Source: the human T2T-CHM13v2.0 reference genome, Homo sapiens. Taken from it: 64,000 bases of DNA. Every line of letters begins with the position of its first letter. The stretch's first letter is position 1. The stretch is from the NCBI RefSeq assembly GCF_009914755.1, contig NC_060926.1. One strand, given 5' to 3'. This document shows, one piece after another, positions 1-13,790 of this stretch. A program made the translations under genes and the position numbers. The notes beneath the pieces are model-generated. The model was not told where the DNA came from. It did not search any database and saw only the letters and a list, made by a program, of their open reading frames with translations.

Positions 1-107
1 TCACTAACTTAGAGTTTTAATTGCAAAACTTTCATTGAAGCTGTGGAGCCACTCTACAAAAGTTATGAGAGAACATATTTTTAAGAAAATTGCCCCCCTG
101 CCCTCCA

Positions 108-343
108 ACCCCCATCACTACAAAAAAAAAAAAAAAATTAGCCAAGCATGGTGGCACACAGCTGTAGTCCCAGCTACTCAGGAGCCTGAAGCAGGAGAAT
201 CGCTTGAGCCCAGGAGGCAGAGGTTGCAGTGAGCCTAGATTGCACCACTACACTCCAGCAGCCTGGGTGACAGAGCAAGGCTCTGTCTCAAAAAAAAAAA
301 AAAAAAAAAAAAAAACAAAAAAAAAAAAAACAAAAACAAAAAA
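108..343 (+). mobile_element. 5'-truncated Alu (AluS-like): linker, right arm and A-rich tail
   Basis: Linker ctacaaaa...ttagcc, then right-arm consensus (tgtagtcccagctactc, gaggttgcagtgagc, cactccagc, ctctgtctc). A/AC tail at 290-343. Confidence 0.95.
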
Positions 344-1529
344 CTAAACTAATGATTAATAATTTCAGGGGGAAAATTGGCATTAACTTCAATGTTTAGT
401 GTTTATTTGTCAAAAGCAAGACAGAAGAGTTTAAGTGAAAATTGGCCTAAGGGATCTGTAAAATATAAATAATATGGTGTAATGTTAATATTTCAACATT
501 CTGCCTAAAAAATTTTGTAGATATAACTTTTAACTATCCTAACATTTTCCCATCAAATTTTAATATACAAAACAAACTTGCATAATAGAAACAAATTTCT
601 CAAGTGGCACTGTATAAGACAAATACATAAAATACCCATAGTAATTTGTGTTAAGTTTATAAGATTTCATAAGTAGCCATGTATGATTCCTAAGTCCCTG
701 TCACTTTACAGATGAATAAAATCTATATTTTTCAGTCTCTTGAGAACATTGTATAAAGGCAAAGAAACCTAGTGAATCAGGCCTTCAGAGTTTTGAAGTA
801 GCACATACACAATATTGCTACATGGTTTATGCAATTTCAACATATTACCCAAATGGAATTATGATTTCTAATTCAGTTTGTCCTTAAGGTTTCATTTCTC
901 CATCAGTGATATATTGGAAAACTCCTCTAGGCAATAAATATACACAGGATGAGTTGTAATTTTCCATTTCTAAAGTAATATGTTTGGTAACTGTCAATGT
1001 CCCCAGATCAATGTGGATGTCCATAGGGAAAGTACTTATTTGCACATTAAACATAAATAACCTACATTATATGCATGCTCTTTAGATTTCCTTATGAAGG
1101 ATGTTGAAGTAAATATTACTGAACCATTGTCGCTTTCTCTCTAAAGATCATTTCTTTGGTTTGAGTTGTAAGCTGATGGTCCTCGTTGGGCCCTTCATTT
1201 AATATGGACCTTTGAGTTGATCATAAATCATTTATTTCAGCTTCAAAAGGACAGAAGTCATACCTGCAGCAAGAGGTGGCTAGGAAGATCAGATGTGAAT
1301 GAAGGAGTTTCCCAACTATGAGCCCACACATAAACCAGAGTTGTCTTTTACTTTATTATAATACATAACAAACATATATTTTTCCCCCTGGGAACTACAT
1401 TTTAGCAATATATTTTTCATTATTTTCTATTCTTCTGGACATTATACACTGATTGCCTTTAAGATCCCTTTTGTGAAGCTTTCCTTGCTCCGATCGCTCT
1501 TCTTCCCATCCCAACTTTTTATAAAAAAA

Positions 1530-1780
1530 AGCATGCCATCTTTAGGTCAATAGTGTACCATAGACCTATATAACTTTATGCTGGTACTTAACTATACATA
1601 TTTGTTTATTTCTGTCTCCTTTACTAGACTGTCCACTTTTCAGAGCAGGAACAGTGTCTGGTACATGATTTGTTTTGTTAAAATCCAGCAGAGCACATAA
1701 TGAGTAACTATCATTCAATAAAGTGATTTTGATGTTATCCTTTGAAAAGAAATCTATGAATGCATGAGTGAATAATGAAA
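1530..1780 (+). mobile_element. L2 LINE 3'-end fragment
   Basis: Degenerate L2 3' motifs: ctgtctcc..actagactgt..cagagcagga, caataaa, gaatgcatgagtgaat. Boundaries approximate. Confidence 0.55.
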
Positions 1781-4700
1781 ATTTTAGCAGTCAGATTTTA
1801 GCAGCAAGGATTATATAGACACGTCTGCTTTCATATATCTCTTTCCAAAAGAAATATTGTTATGAAAACAACAAAGTGCTCTTAAGAGGTACATGAGAAA
1901 AAAATTGAAACATGTAGCTACTTTAGAAAGGCTAAGATTTTCTTCTGAGGTAAAGAGAAATGGCTGGATATTTTAGCAGTAGAGGTAGGGTTAATATCAT
2001 TTCTTAAGCCTGACCTCAGGTTTAACTTGTGATTCTAATGTTAATCATTATTACATCTTATAAGACGTAAGCTTCACACCTCATAAATTTAGTCAGCTTG
2101 TTTCTACTATCCAGAGCCATGTTAAAGAACTGTTTTACAAAGCATACATTTCTAGAGTTCTTTCTGTGCCTTTTTTCAAATTGTTTCTTGTCCTTCTAGC
2201 TAATTTTCATGTGGTACCTGCCACAAAACCCTAGAAAATAATAATGCAGATGTTTGAGTCATAAGTGGTCCATCTCTCTTTCGGTCAACCTATTACGTAA
2301 ATAAAATTGTACCCTTCCTTTCACCTATTTGTACAATAATTAGATCATGGTATCAATTCAAACAAAGAAATTGATGTCCTGGGAACTGGTTATACAAATA
2401 CATTATTTCTTCTCTTTGAAATGAGTAGAAGGAAAGGGAACTAATAATAAAATATCACATTATTGCCTACCCACTAAAGGCAGCCTGAAATTTTACAAAA
2501 CAGTCTTCCTGGGGTCGTCTCGATGGTGAGATATAACTGCCTTTCATAATACTAGAAGTACAGACATCCTCATATTTTTAAAAAATGCTTAATAAGATCT
2601 TCATCTGTTGTATTTTTCAGTTGAGATCTTTTATGCTTTATATTGTATCTAATAGGCCTATTCACAAATGAAGAGTATATGAGGGAAAAGATGAATATCA
2701 CTTCATAACAAGACATTGAAATAAACTATCCTAAATTATGAAAGCTTCCCAATGCATGTGGCTTTTTTCTTCACGGCTTTTCTATTCAAATATCAAAGTG
2801 CTTCAAGTGGCTTTGATGACATACTTATGAATTCATGAAAGTGTTTTTCATAATCTGCTCACCTTTGGTGCTTAGAGGTTACGCCGATTGCTTTTATTTG
2901 CTTGGCTGGAAAAGAAGAGCTCTGAGTGGGATGCAGATACATAACACTTCAAAACAGTTCCTTACATTGTCTTAGCTACTTTTCAGAAACTTGCTGGAAC
3001 TCTCTACCCAAACTTCAGGCAATGATAAGAATAAGTGTCAAATATTATTAGTTCTGGAGTATAACTACTAATTTTTGTTTCAACTGCATAGTACGTATAA
3101 AAACCTTGGAATATTTCCAGTTATCTTCACTGTCATTTAGTCCTTAAAACCCAGAACAGACATTTAAAATGAAAAAAAAAAAAAAAAAGCTACCATTATA
3201 TTGAGGCTGCAGATGCAAGTTGGCATCGTCAGAAGATGAATGCTTGTAGCCTTCACTGGCAACCTGACCAGATATATTCTATATAATTAAATAACGAGCA
3301 GTTTAAAAAATAAAATTACAACATCTTGGGCAATCCTTTGTGAATAATGGAGTAAGCAGGAGAGAGAGAAAAATTCCAAATGTGATTAGCAGTTGCTCTT
3401 CATGAGAAATTTTCTCCACCTCTAATATGACTTTTCTGAAAGGCTTTAATGAATACTTTCCTCAGTTAGACTGTTGTTTTAAATATCACTGTGGACTCTT
3501 TGCAGTGTTATTACCATATGAAGATGACACGTCGGTGAACTTTATCAAATGCCATGCAGCTCTTGGCATGCCATGTCTATGTAACTCATTCGAGCCCTTC
3601 TTGTCCGAGTTGCAGTACTCTTTTGCATAAATGTTAAGGTTACCACAATTCCAAAAAGAAACGAATTTTCAGAGACCTGCTTTATGAAGAAAACGGCTTT
3701 TGGAGAAAGCAGGAAATACTAGTACATCAAACAAAGTGAAAGACAAAGTAGTTTAACTTGTTGGTTTGTTTGCTGAAACTCAAAAGTAAATATACTGTAG
3801 CTCAAAGTGTTCCATTTTTATCCGCCTCCTGCAGTAATGGCTGTGTTACTTCGGGGCTTCTACTTCAATAATTGATCAGGGTTTGTATAGCACCGGCTAA
3901 GAGCAAAAATAAGAGTGTTGCTTTGAACAAACTGCTGCAATGTTATAGCATTAGGCACAGAAACAAGATTCGGGAAATATAGATATAGAAGAAACAGGAA
4001 AAAGATGGATACATTGGGTGGTAAACATTGCTTCAGGCTAGAAAGTAATGAGAATTTTTCCGTGGAGAGTTTTGACCTGCTATTCAAAAATTGTTTCTTG
4101 TCTTAATAAAATCCTAAAAGTGTAATTTACTTGCAAGAGGGAAAGAACAAAGGCACCAAAATTCTTTTGATAACAACACTTGTTAAGGTTGATAAGTTGG
4201 GTTTCAAATGTGTGAAGAAAAATGTGTGACAATTTGTTTTAAGGTGACACCCTAAGTGTTCAGATACTTCCATCTTACACTACTTATCAAGCAGGATCCT
4301 AGTTGAAGCTTCCCCTTGTACATTTGCAGTATAGACCATACTGAAATGGTAGGAACTGAATTAATCTAGAAAATATAGTTATATTTATTAGAAAACCAAC
4401 AATCACAGATCTCTCTAATTTTTCTTAAGCTGGTAAAAATAAGAGTACTTTTTTTTGTTTGGTTCTAATTTGTTTTGCAGTCTAAATAAGAAGCACCAAT
4501 ACTTATAGAAAATACCTTTTTTCTCAACATGGAGTGTTCAAAAAGAGAATAGCTATGATATACCTTATTTTTTTCTAGACTTAATCTTACATGACTCACA
4601 AAGGTATCCATTGTTAGATGCCAACTGTTGCACACACATATGTGTCCATTTTTTTCTATTTTAAAGTTAAATTTCATCTAAATTTCAGATTCATGCCATT

Positions 4701-5008
4701 AAAATACTATAACCTGCTGCTGCGGTGTGCCAATGGTGATAAGATGTAAAGCATGATTGCAACACTTTAATAATAGTGTGGGAGGAAACTGCAGTGAAAA
4801 ATAATCAATGTGATTTTTTTCCTGTTATGTAGCATATTCCAAAGAGGTTGTTTATTTTATGCCTAATCACCATAAAGAAGAAAATCAAGCACTCAAATAT
4901 TTCATACTAAAGAATAAGCAAAGAAGCATCTAAAATATTTGTTCATATTTATATATGCCCTTCAAAATAAAATTGGTAACTAAATGTATCCCAAATAACT
5001 GCTTCAAC

Positions 5009-5094
5009 AGCCAGGCGTGGTGGCTCATGCCTGTGACCCAGCACTATGGGAGGCCAAGGTGGTTGGATCATCTGAGGTCGGGAGTTCGAGATCA
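5009..5094 (+). mobile_element. 3'-truncated AluS fragment (first ~85 nt only) flanked by a direct repeat
   Basis: agccaggcgtggtggctcatgcctgt...gaggtcgggagttcgagatca with no right arm or tail. caaataa(c/t)tgcttca lies at 4992-5006 and 5093-5107. Confidence 0.9.
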
Positions 5095-5169
5095 AATAAT
5101 TGCTTCAGATCTCGACTTTGCTATGCACATACTACTGTAAGTAAAAGGCAAACACTGGGATGAGAATGT

Positions 5170-5415
5170 GGTGACCAAGACTAGCTTTTTCCATAGTGAG
5201 TTTTTATAATGTCATCAAACTCACGATCAAAGGAATTTGGGAAATGTTGAGCATAACAAAGATAAATAGATGTCTTGACTGGAGAATTTCTCAGGGCATT
5301 TAATATGTTAAGGACCTGGAATTCAGTGTTCCCAAACATATCTGATCATGGACACTTTTATTGAGAATCCCAAGGGACCAGTGAGTCCTGGAACATACTT
5401 TGAGAAATACTGATC
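5170..5415. mobile_element. Probable old hAT-Charlie (MER-type) DNA transposon fragment
   Basis: cagtgttcccaaac and gaacatactttgagaaatactg resemble Charlie-family termini. Family not pinned down. Confidence 0.4.
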
Positions 5416-5794
5416 TTGACCTATAGCCAGCACCAACTCTGATTAGCTGTGCAGTGAGAAAATCACTTTCCTCCTTCAACTTTCTAAATTAAAAATGTCC
5501 TTATAATTCCCAGTATATTTCACAATAATGGAAAATCCTCTTAAATTATTATAGTGATACAATACTGTTTTAAGTAAAAATGTGAAAACCGTTTTAGATG
5601 CTGAGTCAGAGCGGCTGATTAGACTAATCAGCTAAAGGGTGTCTGTGGGTAGTAGTCCCCCTTCTTGCATAGTTTTGTTTGGGATTCTGCAAATTTCTGT
5701 ATGGCACACGCTTTGGGGAATTTCATAAGGAGGTGAAATTATAAATATTAAATGTTTAAATGCCAAGGAAATGTTAAAACTTATTGGAACTCTT

Positions 5795-6530
<736 letters not shown>

Positions 6531-7055
6531 ACAGCCAGAGATGAATACTGAAATCTGTGTTTTCTGATGTGCTTGAATGTATAAGAACATGACCAGTTTA
6601 GAAATAGTTTGGGGAGTTGAAAAATTATGTCAACTAGCAAAATTGACGGAGGGCAGTTCATCCTCACTATGACATTGAAAGACAAAATAATTATTAGATG
6701 GTTTTATTCTAATAACTGATTTTCAAATTATTTTTAGCCTTGGAATCCTTTGCCCATGGATTCTGCAGTTTAAAAAAAAGTGCAGTGATAAAGCAGGCAT
6801 GGCTGTGTTTAATTGGTGATGATGTGGGTATGAAAGGCCCCAGGGAACTACCCTGTAGTTCTCTTTCCACTTAGCTCCCTTCTTTCCCAGGCCCAGGTAT
6901 GCCCTAGGAGAGGAGGCAGAGTATGAAAATCATTCTTAATAGTGAGAAGTCATATATTTAGTCAGACATGCTAACTGGACTATTTTGTGTTTGAAGAAGG
7001 CTTTCTGCTTTCTTTTTGAATTATTGTCACATTTCGGTTTTATTTATTTACTCTA

Positions 7056-7590
7056 TAATATTTATTGAGAGCATGCTTTGTGCCAGGCCCTAGGCTGGAG
7101 ACTGGGAAAACAGTGGTGATCATGGATAAGATTCCTATCACCAAGGAGTTTACAGGCTGTAAGGAAGAGGGCCCTAGATAGGTATGAAGCTGCCAATGTG
7201 CAGTGTTTCAGGAGGTGGAAGGGGGTGGGAGAGAAACCTCCAAGACATGCAGGTAATCTGGTCAAGGAGGACAGAGGGAGGGAGTTTTCGGTGAGGTGGA
7301 AAGGGCAGAAGGTGGAGCTTGGATAGGTGGGGAGGTAAGGGGTTGAAAGTGAACTCCAGACTGAGTGAAGAGAGTGTGCAAAAGTGCTGTGAAGATGGTC
7401 CATTTGAGGACTTCCCAACTTGCTGGTCTAGCTGGAGAGAAAGAGCAGAAGAAGGTAGCAGAAGATAGGAGGCTAGGGAGGTGGGAGGAAGGGGCCAGAT
7501 TGCAGTTTTGATGGCTGAGTTAAAGATTTCATATTTATTTGAAGTTCAATGGGAAGCCATGAAATGACTCAAGGCAGTGCAGCATGATGT
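7056..7590 (-). mobile_element. L2 LINE 3' region
   Basis: atatttattgagagcatgctttgtgccaggccctagg is the reverse complement of the L2 3' end. Followed by typical purine-rich L2 sequence (caatgggaagccat). Confidence 0.75.
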
Positions 7591-8217
7591 TGTTTTTTTG
7601 GCATGTGGTATTGTTTCTATAGGCTGTATATGACAAATATGTCAAATTTTGCATTACGTTCTGGATTCAGGGATTTTGCCTACCTAGGTTTCTGCATTAC
7701 ATTCAGGAAAAAGCTACTTAAATGGAAACATATAAAGTCATTACTCTGAAGGTCTCTCTACTGTTACCAATTTTGATATGAAATTAGCTGTACAATACCT
7801 TCTTTTCAGGGATTTTTAGGAATTTAACACCTTCTGGAGTTCTCTTTTAGGTTTTCGTACTTTTGGGATCACAGTATTTATTTTCAGAATAACTCCAGGT
7901 CAACTAAATTCAGCAATGACTGGCAAAATATCAAACATAAAAAAAAAGTGGAAGGTGTGCTGCTTATTCGATAGCAAAATCCTACCAAAACACTGGAAGG
8001 TAGAATGCCATTGGCCTATGATAATTAAATTGAAGGGGAGAACACAGCATTAAATTAATTGCTCAGCTGGAAATTATTTAGTAATTCTCTGACTTTTAAA
8101 TCCCCAAGGTTTTCTTCTTGATATAGTACTGTTAGACATCTTAAAATGTAAATTTTTGAAGGCATTACTCCTCCCTTTCACTTCTAGTTCTCAAATGTAC
8201 CTTTAATGTGTCTAGTA

Positions 8218-8445
8218 ACAATAATAAACACTTACTGAGCACTTAAGATATGGTGAGCATTAATCTAACTCTTATATGTTCTATCTCATTTTCCCCTTAC
8301 AATTACTTCCATGAAGTAGGAGTGCTATTATTATTCTTTGAGAGCCTTTAGAAGAGATAACTTACTTAGGAGTATACCAGTGAGTAAGTGGCTGAGTAGA
8401 GGTTTAACCCAAGAAGTCCAATCAAGAGCAGAGTGATTAAGTACT
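8218..8445 (-). mobile_element. MIR SINE
   Basis: cacttactgagcactta...atctcatttt...gtaagtggctgag..aggtttaacccaag matches antisense MIR. Confidence 0.65.
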
Positions 8446-8969
8446 GTAGTAACCTGCCTTGAAAGTAAATAGAAATAAACATAGAGCTGTATATTTCATG
8501 GTAGCTAACAAATTTCTAACATGTGGACAGAAGAAGAAAAAGACTAGTACCTTCAACTCACGTGGATCAGATTCAATGGTTCTTTGTATTGTAAGGAAAA
8601 TTATTGTCAAGGAGCAAAACTATTTATCTCAGAGACTAGAATTTGTTAGTGCAAGCCTATGTGTCATTAAAATACAATGTGTGAAAGGCATCCACAATCT
8701 CTCCAACAAATAGAATCAGGATCCTCTATTTGATTACTCGATGGGAAGTAGGAGATGAAAAGAAGGCATTGTACAGCTAATTTAGTATCAAATTGTTAAA
8801 TAATAAGAGTAGAGAGACTGTCAGAATAATGACTTTATATATTTCCATTTAAGTAGCTTTTTCCTGCAAACTCTTTAAGGTAAAATCAACCAAACCAAAA
8901 CTTCACTGTAAGGCATGACTTTTGACCCAGATGTCTATCAGGGAAAAGAAAGATCACAAAACCTGTGCA

Positions 8970-9120
8970 CCAATGCCCTGGAGTCAGACTGCCTGGTTCA
9001 AATTCTTCTTCAGTTCCTTGATAGGTTGCTTACCCTTTACAAGCTATTCAACCTTTCTAAATTTCAATTTGTTTATAAAATTAGAACTAATAGTACCTCC
9101 CTCACTGTGTTGATAAAAAT
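8970..9120 (+). mobile_element. MIR SINE
   Basis: ctggagtcagactgcctggttcaaat...tataaaat...aatagtacctccctca matches MIR consensus. Confidence 0.75.
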
Positions 9121-12100
9121 TCTGGGTTCCAAAATTCAAGTTCTTTCCACTATGTCATTCTAGATAATAGAAAACCAAGAAAGAATGCCATAACAAGCAA
9201 TAAGTATGAGGTAATGTGTTCTTTGTTGGGGATAGCTATCCATTTTTTTTCATAAATATTGATTGAATGCCCATTATATGTCAGACTTGATTCTAAAGGA
9301 TATGCCCCTTAAATGTCATGCCAACTTCTAATATTTAATTAAAGAGCAGGAAAGGGCCTGTTGTTTTTGTTGCTGTGGTTGTTGACTGTAGCGGAGTGTT
9401 GGGTAGTGAAAAAGATGACTGAACTAGGATGTGTGACCTTGGTGGCAGGCACAGACCTCCCAGGTTGGAGCCTTTGGGCAAGTCTCTTTTCTCTACTCCT
9501 GAGTACTCAATTTCTTATCTCTAAAAGGAAAGACTAGGTAACACACTGAGCCAGATATTATTCACAAATAGGGTCAGATTCACAAACTTTTGATAGTCAG
9601 ATACAGGATACAGCAATGAATTATAATGGGATAGCAAAGATGAATTATAGGAAGAGTGGGTAATACTTCTCATCAGAAACATCAAGCAAACCTACAAAAA
9701 GAGATGCTGTGACTATGAAGACAGATTATGTTATATTCCAGACAATCTTGGGTGCCTGGAAAGGAGTCTGGAATTACTCTATTGGCAGCGAGGCCACCAA
9801 AAGAAGTCAGTTCCTACCTATTTCTCCCATGTCATCAAATGTGAAACCCAGACCTCTGTCCATTTTATTAAAATTATCCTAGATTCCATCTTGCTTCTCC
9901 ACGGTGCCTATGGTTTTGTCTACTGACAATCTATGACTAAGATTCTCAAGTTATACTTTATGTGTGTTCACATAAAATAGCACACTATACTTTAAAATGT
10001 AGCCAGCTATTCAGCATCATCACTGTAATTTGTATTTATAGTATTGAAGCTAATCCTGTGTCTCACTTACTATGTGAAACTCTCTGAAGAATATTTTGGG
10101 TGTTCTCATACAACTTTGTAGATGGCCCATAAATCAATAAGGACCTTCTTTCAACAAACCAGTCATTTTATTCCTTCTTGATTTCTAAACGTCTCAGACT
10201 CACATAACCCAACATTAGTGTTCTTTCTTTCTCTTTGAAAACTACAATCAGTATGTTTAAAACATACTGCTCATATATACAGAAGCAATACGTATATGAA
10301 AAAGACAAAAAAATAGGACTATTTCATTTAAGAGAGGGACATTTTGTCGTTTGGGCAGATACCTGCCAGTCTAGGCTTTCTATACTTTTATTTTACTTAT
10401 TGGAATAACGGTTTAAGCTGCAGAACCAAAGAGAACCAAGACAGGTTGGAAACTTTTCAGGGTGAAAGTGACCAGTAATAAACCAGGCAAAGCAAGAGGA
10501 AAGAGACTGGAAGAAAAAAAGGCCTGTGGGTGCTGTTTTATGGGATAGTGTTGAGAAATTTTGACGGAATGAACAAGGTAATTTTAACATGTGCTCCACT
10601 GTGTAAGATATTGAGACAGAGCTGGGGAAAGATTTTGAAGGTTTTCTCTGTCTTAGTGATGTAATTTTCATTTGCTGTCTATTATAGCTGATTTTATCCT
10701 AAATTTTTAATGGCAGATTTTTTCTCTTTTTTTTTTTTAATAAATTTTAAAAGAAAACAATTACTTTTTATGGGCAAGCAGTGTGCAAGCACCTTTGTTC
10801 AAGCTGTTCATAAACCACAAATCTGGCAACTTCTAAATTGGAAAACTCAGGGTGTCATTAAGAGCAGAGATTGCCGGAATGCTGATTCTCATAACAAAGG
10901 CCACCAATAGGCTCACTTTTCTGAAAGAAGGCAACTTTGGTGGCAAGATTTGCTCCTCTGTTCATATGATGAAACCCTAGCACTAGTGGAAAGGTTGGTG
11001 GCACACAATGGAAAAGTACGCTTACTGAAAAAATATTTTTCTTTTTCTGTTTTTCTGACCTTTGACTTGGCAATGCTAAATTAAAAACGGCTAAGTGGAA
11101 AACTATACTTGGAAAAAATAGAAGTTGATCTAATAAATCAGAATACTGAAATGTTCACTATCATTTGGCCAACGTAAGACAGGTAGCTTTTTGTTTTTAC
11201 CGTTTTGGGAGTATTTATTCATTCATTTGACTTAGTTTTGTCCATTGATGATTTGTTCTCTAAAAACATGCAGAGAAGTCCCTTCCTCTCTTCTCTGTGA
11301 ACACATAGAAGCCAGCGGGTCCTGCTTTTGTGGTCCTGTCACATCATCCATTAGATATGGCATTTATCTACCTCTCCGGCATCCCTTCTTTTGGAATTTC
11401 ATTGAGGGGATGAACCACATCCCCTTTTTCTTTCGTATTCATTATCTTAGAATAGCCCCTGAACCATAGCCTACTCATCAAATCACTCTTTAAGACACTG
11501 TCATATTTGAATTGAGATCTTTCACATTATCCACTGCTGTTGTGAAAATATTAGGATTTCACTGATATAACAACTTTATAGGTGAAGCTAACAGATTCCT
11601 CAGAAGTTTCTGGCAATGTGTGAGGTTTCCTCTAGGACGAATAACACCTTTAAATCCACTCCCAATGCATTTTCTGAAGTTAATTTAAAATAATATACAA
11701 TCTGTTTGTCCCAGCTTCAGATTCCCCATGTCCTCTTCTTTCCTTTTCGGTTTTGGTTATGCTTAGTCTAAAGTCACATGTGCATTTGAAAGCAACAGAA
11801 CAAGGAATTCTACACCAAATTTCATCTCGCCAAACCATTTTTTTCCCCTACTCATGTAAGTTCCTAAAATTTCTTGCTTACTCTGCATTAATGCTAAATT
11901 ACAACATATAGAATGTCTCCCAATGATTTCCAACCAAAGACATAGTACATATTGGTTTCCCTTTCTGCTTATTTAATAAAGTTAGTAGACCCACATTGCC
12001 CTGATCAGTCACAGAACTATTATTAAAATTATGCAAAATGTAGAATTTCACAAAATACTGATTATTCTTAACTCTCAGCAATTCTGCTGCTTAAATGTTT

Positions 12101-12989
12101 CAAAATATAACTTGCTTTCAGTTAGATGATATAAAAAGTTATATAGTTTCAAACTTAAGAAATAGTTTTAATCATTAAAAATACATATAAACCCTATTTT
12201 GTATTTAGCTTATCCAATATTCTTCACAATGCCCATGCATTAATGGTAGAATTGGAGACAACTCCATATTTGTTTTCAAATACCACAAGACTTATTGTGA
12301 GCTAAATGTCTATTGAGCAGAATTTTACCCATTGTACATAACGACATGATAGAAAATTATGATGATTTGGAGATTCATAAAAGTTGAAAGCTATATCCTA
12401 AGCATCAACAGATACTATCTGGGCTTTTCATGGGAATCATGGGTATTGCTAGTGTTTTCTCAAAAAGAAAGAACACTCATAAGGGAAGTTTATATGTCTA
12501 GAAATGTAGGACAGACCAGTCTTTAGAGGGAAAAAATACTCATCTAGCAGTATAATATTTCATAAGAAAAAGAAGTGTCTCGAATAGGAAAGATGATTTA
12601 CTTTTTGTGCTATTAATAAAGCCTTAATAAAGGGATTTTTAATGTGAATATGCCATGATCATTCTCTCCTGTATGGCGATAGAGTAATTTGGCTACTTAT
12701 AGGGTATTCATCCAGACACATGATTCTTCAGTGTTATTGTATAAGTAATTGCATTTTAAAGGCTGTAAGCTTTACACAGGGTCTTATGTCTAGCACTGAA
12801 GTTCCAAAAGGCTAAAATAAATTATAACATCCCACCTGTTGCTCTGACAACCTTTAAGTTTGTGTAGAATTATTTCTTTGTTAAGTCTGTGTGTCAGAAA
12901 CTATGCTGGGTTCTGGATGAGGCAAAATTGTATAACAGCTTCATAGCATGAGTCCCATCATACATATAAGACCCATTGTGAATATATGA

Positions 12990-13300
12990 TCACTAGATAC
13001 CTTTTCTTAAAATCTCTCTCCTTAGTGAGCTGTTCCCTAACAATAATATTGACAATATTAATCACCTCTTCCAATACCACACACTTTCCTTCCTTGTTTT
13101 AATCTTTTTTTGTAAGAACTTAACACTACCTAACCGCATATATGTGTGTGTGTGTAAATTAGTATTTTTTGTTGTATTATTTTGCAAGTTGAGAATAAAA
13201 TTTCATGAGATTAGAAAATTTTATCTATTTTTGTTCAGTGATATGTTCTCAGTTCCTACAACCTACAACAAGCTTCATAAGTATTTAGAGAGTGATGAAG
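12990..13300 (+). mobile_element. L2 fragment (3' region)
   Basis: Pyrimidine-rich body, then aaaatttcatgag...tttttgttcagtgatatgttctcagttccta, like the L2 3' end. Confidence 0.5.
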
Positions 13301-13379
13301 ACAGTATAATTAGTAGTAGGGTAGATTTTTATGATGATGTGATAGCACGAATGATAAACCCCGCACTGGTTAAAGTTTT

Positions 13380-13790
13380 TACAGGAAAATCATATTTAAT
13401 CTGAGTTTTCATGGATAAGTAGGAGCTCACCATGTGGACAAGGGAGCATGGAGAGAGGCTAATTCAGGAAGAGAGAAGAGCATCTACAGAGCATGAGGAC
13501 GCATGTTGAAAAACGGCAGTCAGTTCTGGGATAGAGAATAAAGGCAACAGGTGTCAAGGGAATTTGGCAGGGGGTGGGGTGGTCAGAAAGGGTCAGAGAA
13601 AAAAGTTACTGAAAGGATCAGAAAACAGGTAGAGATTGGACTAAGAATGTTTTATATCTTTGTTAGAAGTTTAAATTTCAGGCTTACAGCAATGAGAAAT
13701 CTTTGAAGGGCTTTCTGCAGGGCAGTGGAAAGATCAGATTTGCCCTTGAAAGATCACTGTGTTGGCAGTGTGGGGGGATGGATAGAAACT
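13380..13790 (-). mobile_element. L2 fragment
   Basis: ctgagttttcatggataagtaggag...caatgagaaatctttgaagggcttt...gatcagatttgcccttgaaagatcactgt are typical antisense L2 motifs. Confidence 0.65.
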
